From: Vicugna vicugna
Lineage: Eukaryota
Reading direction: 5' to 3'
NCBI GenBank assembly: GCA_013265495.1
Contig: MU058475.1
Span: forward strand, 186,001-250,000
Length of the DNA stretch: 64,000 nt
Made by a program: the position numbers and the translations under genes. Below the pieces are notes generated by a model. That model searched no databases and had not been told where the DNA came from. It saw nothing but the letters and a program-made list of their open reading frames with translations. This document shows, one piece after another, positions 53,784 to 64,000 of the stretch (the first letter of the stretch is position 1; each line of letters opens with the position of its first letter).

Positions 53784-56700
53784 TGACACACTCCTGCAGG
53801 GTCGTCGTGGGGGCCGCGCAGTGCTGTGCAGAGGGCTGGCCGTGTTGGTTCACGAAAGACCCCCGGTCACCTGTTAGTTCTCTTCTCGCTCCAGCGCAAA
53901 CCCCCGGGGCCTGTCCTGGTCTGTCTCTCAAGTAATAAGGGAGATGAAACGTTCCCCAGGTCCGAGAACAGGAGCTCTCGGAGAACCAGGCTGAATGGAG
54001 AGCGGGAAGAGGGGCCCTGGGGTCCTTCAGCAGCGGGAGTTCACGAGTCCCTGGTGCGTGTGACTCAGCTCCTCTCGCTCGAAATAGATGACACAGGGGG
54101 AGATACCAGTAGATGCGTTCACCTGGATTAAATACTCCTATCCAGATTAATTTGACTTCTGGACTCAATATTCTGGATAATTAATTCATTGTTCAACAGT
54201 GATCTCACTTTGGAAGGTCAGTGTGCAATTTTCAAAATTCCCCAAGACCCTGTGTGACCTGTAGAGTAAGTTCATTACAAGACTTGATGTCTCATTTGTT
54301 TAAATTGAGTGTCAGAGGCTTAAAGTACAGTGTGTTCGCGTGTACATCTGTCTACTTGGGCAGGTATCCATATACATTTATATCATTTATCTTGCCCTCA
54401 GCAGAATGCCCCCCGCCCCTTGTCAATCTCTTAAGAATTCTGGTGAGCCGCTGGCAAACGTGTTATGTTAGAGGTGTTGGTGTTTCTCAAGCCTGAGAGT
54501 TTCCATTGGTCTGAACGGGCTTCCTCGGAAAGCCTGCTGTGGCCTCAGCTTCCATCCTGAGCCCGTTTCGGGGTGAATCTACGATGGCTCCCTTGGCCAG
54601 TGGAGATGCCCGTCACATGGTGGGCAGCTGGCCAGGGTGCTGGTGTATGTTGGGTCCTCCCAAGGCACCGAGTGTGAGAGCTGGGGCGGCAGGCGAGGGC
54701 CCCTTCAGATCATCCTTTGAATGAGAGGTGGGCTTGGTTTCCTTGCAGCTGTTTAGCATTTTGATAGAACCCTGATATTTCTCAAGCACTCAAGTCATTA
54801 ACACGTAGGCTTGCGCTGGAGCGAGAAGTGGCGTTATTTTCTGTTTCACTGAAGAGCAAAATGAGACGCAGCAATATCACTTCACTGAGGGCCAAGAGGG
54901 GAGGCCTTGATCTGAACCCTGAAGTCACTGATTAATATTCTGAGATTTACTTTGTGAAAAGTCTCAGGTTTTTCCAGCCTCATTATGCATGTCTGATTTA
55001 TGCTTATCAGGTATCTTTTCATTTTAATCTTGAAAGCCAAAGGCCTTGGGAATTCTCTCAGGCTGTTGCCTCCCAGAATCCATTGGCAGGGCCGTCTGTG
55101 TTTTATCTTTAACTTGTTTTTAAAATCAGTAATGAAGAAACTATTCCATATGCATCAGAGGTCTACTGAGAGAGCCATAGATCTTCCTAGACCAGGAAGA
55201 CATTTTTAAGTTTAATTAAATGCAGGAGAGCAAGTACCGCTTTGCATTCCCCTCGTGTGTCAGTGGCAGGCGGCCTTGGTGAAGGTCTGGTGGTGGTGAG
55301 GGCGGGTGGCGGTGGGGCCGCATCAGGCAGGGGAAGCTGCGGCTCCTGCAGACCTTGCAGTAAGGTGTCACCCTGGAGACGTGTCAGGGAAATTGCGGTC
55401 ACTTTAATCTTCTCTTTTTCCCAGAAATTTGTAACTGTCCCTCTATATCGATGGCTTAGAGTAAACAGTTTGTACGACTCATCTTGTTTAAGGTCCTGTT
55501 AAGTTACTCAGTGATGTTTCCACTTGTTGGCCACTAAGTGATCTTAGTGTTGTAGAAATAGACTTTTTTTTTTTCTTGTTTTCTAAATAAGTGGTCTGTA
55601 ACATACAGATGCGAAGTGGCTATGTTGTCCTAAAAGTCCTGGCCTTTCTGTTACCCACCAGAGCGCCGTGCTCTGGGCTGTGCCTTCACTAAGGGGACCA
55701 GCTGAAGGGATTGTGACGTCTGGACTCAGACTGCCCAGTTCAGGTCTCACTTCTGCCACTGGGGAAATTAATTCGCCTCTTTTTGCCTTTGGAAGTGGAA
55801 TTATTTGCTTAGTGTGATGATTCAGTGAATGAAGGAGCAGTCAATTTACAACATCCTCGCCCAGCTAGTAAGATTAAGGACTTCTTCTGTTTTCTGTTTC
55901 ATTTTATGTTTTCTTTCTGTCCCTAATAACTCAGTGTGGAGTCACAGACAGGCCATCTGTCTTTGGCCCTTGAGCACTCTTGTCTATAAAACAGTCAAAT
56001 TTAACCAAGATGATGATCTGTCAAAAAAGTTTCGAGCTATTCTGTGAAAATAATTGTGACTTTGAAGAGTAGCATCATCTTAGTGGCAGAAACAAATTGC
56101 TTCTTTAGGAATATGCCCCTCAGTGGTTGCCTCGGTGAATCACACCTTCTCCTGGTTAAAATGTGTGCCCGTTAGAAGCTGTGTTTGCAGAGAGGCGAGA
56201 ACTCTCAGGTCAGCTGGACGTTAATGAAGAACCAGCCACATCCCAGGCCTGTTAGCTGGACCCTTCCTGCTGCTTTCTGGTTTCACCTGCCACAGTGCAA
56301 GACTCTGCTTAGTTCGGCTGAAGCTTGCACAGCCCTGGCCAGTGCGAGTAGAGCCTGCTCTCTCGGCCTTTTTGTTCAGATACTAGTCTGAATCTCTGAT
56401 CTGAAAGTTCATGCCCAGTAGCTGATACGGCCAAACTGGAGCTGGAATGCCCACTCCTCCTGCTGTGCCCGGATTTTGGTTAACCCAGATTTTCAGGAAG
56501 GAGTGCATCTTTGGGCACAGGGACCAACTCGTCCATCCTGGGGCACTTAGGAATTTAGGGCCCTTTGTGCTATTGTTGACGGAAATACAAATATCTATTA
56601 AGTGATAATTATAAATCATATCTGATGCTGGGTGCTGATGGCTGCCCACCTGCCCTTCTCTGGAGAGAGGTGGGCTGGTCTTGGAACGTACATTGCCACC

Positions 56701-57024
56701 ATTATCCCAATTAATGCAGCTTCCAACGTGATTGGCCATGTGGAGGAAATCTGATGCAATGTTCAGGTGGCTCTTATTATAAGATTTTTAAACTTAAAGA
56801 TTCAGGTTTTTAAATGCCCCCAGTAAACAGGTAGGCATCATTTACTGAATAGCAAAGCTACTCCTGAGATTTTGTGATGTTTCACTCTAAGTTTTTATTG
56901 GCTTGAGTTGGCCTCCATTTCCCCAAATATAAACTTTCAAGATATGAATATTCAATTATTTAAGTTATGTGCAAAATGATATTTTAAAAGCAATATGTTT
57001 TCTTAAGTTGGTGGCGGGGGTTGA

Positions 57025-57297
<273 letters not shown>

Positions 57298-57553
57298 CTC
57301 AGCGTCACAGAAGTGCTGCTTTGGTACCACAGAGCAGCTGTGGCCCTGGGTCTGAAAGAGTCGGAGAATGAAGGACTTCATCAGATGCTTTAGTTCACAG
57401 CGTCGAAATTGGTGGAAAATCCTTTTGGGATTATATAATATACATTGTATTTTACAGTTATGTTTTTCACACTGAATATTTTTTAAGGTATCTTTTTATG
57501 CAGTAAGTGTTGCAATAGAATCCTGAAAACAGATCCTGGAAGGAGGTGAATGC

Positions 57554-57559
57554 AATAAA
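57554..57559 (+). promoter_or_regulatory. URB2: Candidate URB2 proximal polyadenylation signal AATAAA
   Basis: First AATAAA after the stop codon, followed by GT-rich sequence at ~57590-57625; further AATAAA at 58068 and 58074. Confidence 0.55.
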
Positions 57560-58347
57560 AACTTGCTGAATGTCTCCTGTGGCCATTCCAGATGTGGTTC
57601 TTGTCTCGGTCCAGTGGTTTGGTGTCCCCTCTACCCACTAGGAACTATGCAGAACCTGGGTTTGGGGATTTTTTTTTTAACTCCAGGTACATGGCTAAGT
57701 AATTAAGTCCAATTTAAATATCTTTGCCTTTTACATTCTTCAAGAAACATGGGAAATGCCCTTGACATGCCAGTTTACTGCCTTTCCTCTGAGTGTACCT
57801 CCTGATGGGACTGGGCAAAGCCGGGACTCGGTGTTGGCCAAGGTGCCTGCTCCGGGCGGGGGTGGTGCCCTGTCATGCGGGGTGCTGCTCTGCGGGAAGG
57901 TGCCTGGCTCGGGACGCCGGATCCTGCCTGCGCTTCTGGCTTCAGCTCTCAGAAGTTCCCTTGGGAATTTTGTTTTACTCTTCAGTCTAAGAAATACTCT
58001 TAATTATATTTTTCATATTAACAATATGAAATAATAAGCAATATATTTCATTGTAGCAACCTCAGAAAATAAAAATAAAAGGGAAAAAAATGGAAACACT
58101 CCCAGGCTGTTACCCAGACAGCCACTGTCATCTTGGAGTCCCTTGTTTCTCTCCCTTTGCAGATAGATGGATAGATAGATGGGTATATTTAAGTAAATGT
58201 ATAGTTACCAAATTGGATTATAAGTACATTTTTGTTTGTTTGTTTACCCAAACTTTTTTTCCTGTGAAATATTTCAATAATATATTGGGGTTTATACAGA
58301 CATACTTTTTAATGACTGCATAGTAGTTCACTGAGTAGATGCAGCTT

Positions 58348-59108
58348 TTTTTTTTCTTTAACATTTTTATTAAAGTATGGCTGATTTACAATGTGTTAAT
58401 TTCAGGTGTACAGCAAGTAACTCAGTTATATATATATGTATTTTTCAGATTCTTTTCCATTATAAGTTATTTCCAGATATTGAATATAGTTTCCTGTGCT
58501 CTATAGTAGGTCCTTGTTATTTACTTATTTTATATATAGTAGTGCATATCTGTTAATCTCAAATTCCTAATTTATCCCTCCCTTAACCCCTTGCCCCTGT
58601 GGTAACTGTAATTTGTTTTCTATGTCTATTTTTGGTTTGTAAATAAAATTTATATCATTTTTTTTTAGATTCCATGTATAAGTGATATTATGGTATTTGT
58701 CTTTGTCTGACTTACCTCACTTAATATGATAATCTCTAGATTCATCTATGTTGTTGTAAATGGCATTATTTCATTGTTTTGTATGGCTGAGTAGTATTCC
58801 ATTGTGTATTGCATATACACAATGGAATACATCTTTATCCAGTCACCTGTTGGTGGACATTTAGGCTGTTTCCATGTCTTGGCTGTTGTAAATAGTGCTG
58901 CTATGAATATTGGGGTGCATGTGTCTTTTTGAATTAGCGTTTCCTCCGGGTACATGCCCAGGAGTGGGATTGCTGGATCACAGGGTAAGTCTATTTTTAG
59001 TTTAAGGAAACTCCATACTGTTCACCATAGCGGCTGCACCAATTTACATTCCTGCCAACAGTGTTAGGAGGGTTCCTTTTTCTCTACATCCTCTCCAGCA
59101 TTGATTAT
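58348..59108 (-). mobile_element. LINE-1 3' fragment including the end of ORF2
   Basis: ORF 58746-58955 reads [33 protein letters not shown], the L1 ORF2 C-terminus; T tail on the left; TSD-like GATGCAGCT / GATACAGCT. Confidence 0.9.
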
Positions 59109-59670
59109 TGATACAGCTATTTTATGTAATGAATTCCCCATGGTAGATATCAGATTCTTTCCAAATTTCCTTTGACGGATGATGCTTGCAGCCAACTCTT
59201 TCCTTCTATCTTTAATTATTTTTATAAGGTGAATTTCTATAAGTTGTGTTATTTGTCAAAAAATCCTATCGATTTTTAAGGATTTATATAAATATTGCCA
59301 AATTGCCCTCCAGAAAGTATATAATTTATTTTCCTTCTAGTGAATCGACTTAAATATTATTGATCTTTGTTTTATGCTTCCTTTGATAGAGAAGTGTTAT
59401 TTTGTTTTGAATTTCTCTAATTACTAGGCGATTTTCTATATTTTGTATTTCCAAATTTATTTCTTACATGAATTATGTTTATGCAATTATATTTATGTGC
59501 CAGTAGCCTGTTTCTCAGGATATTTTCCTTTTTTCTTACTCATTGTCTCTATGGAATGTGCGTTGAAATTCTCCTGATACCCTTTTTACAGTTGGTCAAA
59601 ATACAGACTTAATCATTTGAGGGATCATCCCTAAGCGAAAGGTGTTTTTTTTTTCCCCCTATTTTTTAAA

Positions 59671-59775
59671 AAATTAATTTTATTTTTTGCCCTTAACAGA
59701 GGCACTGGGGATTGAGCCCAGGGCCTTGTGTATGCCAAGCACATGCTCTACCACTGAGCTGTACTAGTCACCCCC
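59671..59775 (-). mobile_element. tRNA-derived camelid-type SINE, more diverged copy
   Basis: GAGGCACTGGGGATTGAGCCCAGGGCCTTGTGTATGCCAAGCACATGCTCTACCACTGAGCTGTAC..CCCCC. Confidence 0.75.
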
Positions 59776-60809
59776 ATTTTTACCTTATTTTTTAAACAAG
59801 TGTGATTGGAGCAGACAAAATAAAGTGTGGGTTGTTTTCTTTTGTTTGCTACCTAAGAGAACTATCCTATTTTTTCCTGCTTCAGATTTGATTGTGTTTC
59901 TTGCACTGGCTTGACTGAGTCTGGGAGGTGGTTCTGCTTTGCATACTCCATGTTTATCCGTTTCCTTCCCTCTGTCTAGGCGTTTTGAGTGTAGAGGCTT
60001 CCTAAGACTCTGAAATGATTCAGGTGGCCTGACTTAATGCTCCGCATTGACCAAATTCTGTCCCGGTGCCCAGTTCCCTGCAGCATCTTCTAGGAGAGGT
60101 TGAGAATGTCAGTTCTTGTTCACACCTGGAGACGGGGTGCTGGAGGAAGCAGGTGACGTTTCAAGGATGCAGGCTGTAAACAAAGCTGGACTTAAAACCA
60201 TGTTCTTGGCTTTACCCTTTTGGTCAGGTGTCCTGACAGGAGGGTCACTGATCACGGAGGCCCTCACGGAGTTGTACTTATTTTTTTCTCTGCTAGGAGT
60301 TCAGGAGGGCTGGAAGGTAGGGGTTCTCGGAGTTGCCTGCTTTCGGAGTGTTCGCAGAGCGCAGACCTGGAGCAGTTCCTCGGCCTTCCTGACGGGGGCA
60401 CTGCAGGGCCGCAGCTCCCGGCGGTGCGCTGCTCTGAGCCCGTCAGCGACGTCTGCTTAGGAAGAAGGCTGCGGATTCTGCGCAGGCAGATGTGGTCTCT
60501 CCGGTTCCCGCTCCTGGTTTCCTCGGTCATCTCTATTCGAACTCTGAACCTTCCTCAGGAAAGAATGATTTTCCACTCTAGTTTGGTGGTTAATAGGGAA
60601 GAGGAAACAGCTTTCTTGGTGGTAATCACGGACACTAGGCTGTGTGCATTTTTATTAGGAGAGTAGACCTCACGGGGAGAGAGGTGGCCCAGGCGGAGTG
60701 GGGTCTCACGGAGGGGACGGTTGGTGAGAGGCTGAGCCTGAGCGAGACCCCTTTTCCCCTGCAGGGCCCCACCTGCCCTGGGCTGCAGCCGCCCCCCCCG
60801 CCCCCCCCC

Positions 60810-60990
60810 NNNNNNNNNNNNNNNNNNNNNNNNNNNNNNNNNNNNNNNNNNNNNNNNNNNNNNNNNNNNNNNNNNNNNNNNNNNNNNNNNNNNNNNNNNN
60901 NNNNNNNNNNNNNNNNNNNNNNNNNNNNNNNNNNNNNNNNNNNNNNNNNNNNNNNNNNNNNNNNNNNNNNNNNNNNNNNNNNNNNNNNNN
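60810..60990. other. Assembly gap (181 N)
   Basis: Run of N bases. Confidence 0.99.
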
Positions 60991-63419
60991 CCTGCGCTGT
61001 GCTGCAGCCGCCCCCCCCGCCCCCCCCCGCCCGCGGCTCATGCCTTTGACAAGTGGGCATCGGTGTCCTTCCTGTGGGGCCTGATGCTGGTCCTTGTGGG
61101 GTTTGCTTCCCGGCGGGGCACACTGACCACGAGCCCGCCATCAGGGAAGCGTGGTCATTCCAGAGGGTGGGCGCAAGGGCCGGGAAGCAGGGAGCGCAGG
61201 TGCGGGCATTGCGAGAGGGAAGGCCGGCCGCCTTGCTTGCCTGGGCTCTGGGTCCATCTCCCCTCCTGTTTCCTGCCCGCGTTCCTTCCCTCGGCATCCA
61301 CGCTGAGGATCCTCCTGACGCCCGGGCCCCACTTCCTGCGACCTGCGTCTCTGTTATAGCCACCAGCCGCTAACAATCAGCCCTCCCACCAGAGCCTCCG
61401 TGCCCCAGGGAGCCTGTCCCCAGGGTCCCTGTCCCTCCGCACTGCCCGGTCTCAGCCTACCCGTCAACCCTCCACCCACCCTGTTCCCTGTTGCCACCAC
61501 GTCCACCAGGCCCTCACTAACATCTCCCTCCTTGGGCTGTTGTCATTTTGTCACACTCTCGGCTCTCCTACCCCGACCCCGACTCGAGGGAGGGGCCAGC
61601 TCTGTTGCTGGAGAAAGTAATAGAATCATGGCGATGATTCTCCACGGAACCTTGTCCTCTCTCCTCAGCTGAGTCCACCCACTGGGAGGAAACTCAGAGG
61701 AAGGAGCACGCGCCAGGCAGCGTGGCTCTGAGCCGGAGCGGATTAGAGGTGTGTTACAGTTGGAGTGTTATAATGATTTAAGCGAGAAGTTATGGTCGAT
61801 CGTAGAACATAAAGATTATGCATGAGAGAAAAGAGGTTTGAAAAATGCTACATCAACTGATGTGAGTGGGAAAGGGTTCTCATTACAAAGGAGGACCAAG
61901 GGGTGTGACTCAGCCCATGACCGTGCTAGAGGCAGCGGGACGGGGCTCACTGGGTGTCTGGGATGAGAAACCCATTCAAAAAACCGAACCGCGAGGATCC
62001 CAGCAGACAGTGCCTGGCCAGATGCCACAGAGGTGAAGAGCCCGGGAGGAAACAGGGAGACCATGCAAGTGAGCGCACAGGACGCGGCCACTGCGGCCAC
62101 TTTCAAGACAGATGATGGCCCCTATGTGTGCAGACGTGGGTGCCCGTAGCACTCGGCTCAGATGTCCCTGGCCGTGCAGCGTGTGCTGGTGTCTTCCCCA
62201 CCCTCTGAGCCTCTATCCCAGATTAAATGAGACAGACAGTCCTTTTCCCAACTTTCAAATCCCATCCCTCTGTCTCTCAAGTCTATTACTTCCCTTACTG
62301 TTTACAGACGTACAAAGAACACCGTCAATCTAAAAAATTTGCATGTTGATCCTGTAATTCTCCTGAATTACCCCAGGCCCGTCTCTTGACTGCCACCTAG
62401 ATATAAGGCATTGTCTACATTCCTTGTTCCTACTTGCCACGCTTTACCTTGGTGTCCTCCCCAAACAAGCTGCCCTCGGAAAGACCCTGGGGTCCATGTG
62501 AACCACCCAGCTTCACAGCTGTCGGGTTTGTCCACGGTCTTCCTCGTCTCTAGGTACCTTTGGCTTTTCTGACTCTTCTAGCACCAGGGTCCCGGGTGTC
62601 CCTGGTGCCCCTAGTGCCCCCAGGAGTTGGTTCCTGACAGTCCTCTCCCGACCTGCCTCCTCTCCATCCCTTCCACCCCTCTGACATCACCAGCTGGCTC
62701 TGAGCAAGTCCCTGTCAAGCTTCCCAATTTCTTCTTGAATTGCTTTGTCTCTCGAGTTGACCCCTGGGGAGGACAGGATTGATTTCTCAGTTGGCCATCA
62801 CCTGGTTCTGTGTCCCTGCACCAGCCCCTGTCTTCCTTTCTCTTGCTGCCTCTGGTCAACCATCCCATATATTGTCTCTAAATAGCCCTAATGGTTGCAC
62901 CTCACTTTAAAAACCTTCAAGGACCCGTTTTTCCCCTCTAAAAACAACCCCCTTATCCTGGCACTGTAGGTAAAGGCAGGGATGGGGAAAGCATCCGTTG
63001 AGCTCTGGAAAGTTGAAAACTCTATGCCAAATGCTGTTTCTCCAAGTCTCCTTGTGCTGGGCACATGGAGAGGGGTCAGATGTAAGTCAGAGCTCCAGGA
63101 AACTCAAGCCATGAATGACTGACTTTTCACACCACACTGGTTGTTTTCAAGTGTTTCTCCCCCTCTTTTAACAGTTAATGATATTCCAAAGCAAAATCTG
63201 ATGTAGAACATTAAGAGTTAGAACTGATGAAAACAGGGCTACCATAATTGAAATATCTGGTCACCTGTCACAGCCTGCTCTGCCCTCCCTCCCCTTCCTC
63301 ATCCCTGCTTCTTCTGGTCTCTACCCTCCTCCTGCAGCTCTGCCTCCTTCCCCCAGCCCCCTCCCTCCCTGCCCTGCTGGACCACCAGGGGCTCCTTTTC
63401 TGTCAGAGCTTTACTTGAA

Positions 63420-63690
63420 AGTCTCTTCCTCCAGGAAGCCTTCCCTAGAAACCCAGACAGCCTCCCTGCTCTGATGGTCCCTCCCCTTCCCTGCTTTATT
63501 ACTTTTTCCTTGGGATTTATTACTCTCAGTTTATATGTATTTTACTTATTAATTTTGTCTGGTGTCCTCTCTCCCAGAAGTTAAACTCCACGCAAATGGG
63601 GGTTGTGCTGTCTCAGCACCAGGAAGAGCACCTGCACACAGTAGGCGCTCAGTTCATATTTGTGAATATGTCTTTGTAGAATAAATACTT
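63420..63690 (+). mobile_element. L2 LINE 3' end
   Basis: TCCTCCAGGAAGCCTTCCCT..TAAACTCCA..CCTGCACACAGTAGGCGCTCAG..ATATTTGTGAAT. Confidence 0.65.
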
Positions 63691-64000
63691 GAAAGAGCAA
63701 GCGAGCGGGCCAGTGACATTTTCCATCCGGCGTGCAGCCGGTGGCCTGAACCTAGGGGGTGGCTATTTGCTGCAGGGACGTGTCACTGCAGCGCTATGCA
63801 AATACAGCCTCCTTCCACTTAACGCCCACAGCTTACCTTTCAGAAAAAGCTGGAAATGGGAAGCGAGCATTGTATTCTGTTAGCTTCCTGATTGTCGCAA
63901 TTTCCAGATCCATCATCTCTAATCTGGCACACGGTGGGAGGGCGCCTTCAGCCCCAGAGGCTGACGTTTTTGGAACCCATTCACCGGGCACCTAGTTTGG

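Noticed and set aside
57314..57320. TGCTGCT miR-15/16 seed match in the URB2 3'UTR
   Set aside because: A single 7-mer close to the stop codon is expected by chance without conservation data.
60635..61363. ORFs of 111-242 aa spanning the N run
   Set aside because: Their length is an artefact of translating through the assembly gap.

Overview
Mammalian genomic DNA, probably a camelid, judged from the tRNA-derived Vic-1-like SINEs. It holds two complete protein-coding genes arranged head-to-head around a shared CpG-island promoter at about 32.2-33.5 kb. TAF5L is on the minus strand: 4 coding exons at 3483-21673, 1770 nt, 589 aa, a WD40 subunit of SAGA/PCAF. URB2 is on the plus strand: 9 coding exons at 34811-57297, 4554 nt, 1517 aa, a ribosome biogenesis factor. 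Coding exon boundaries were read by eye; all are AG/GT flanked and join in frame. The rest is intron and flank filled with SINEs, L1 3' ends, MIR, L2, an ERVL/MLT2 remnant and DNA-transposon fossils, plus a 181-N assembly gap. Repeat family names come from recalled consensus sequences and their boundaries are approximate. I found no convincing new gene system. The most unusual signals are small. (1) A ~63-bp copy of the TAF5L stop-codon region sits in its own intron 4 between 17-bp direct repeats. (2) A repeat array on the URB2 side of the promoter alternates splice donors with U1-like anti-donor sequences. (3) There is a candidate 20-nt URB2 5'UTR microexon. (4) A possible intron-read-through TAF5L isoform could use SINE-supplied polyA signals.
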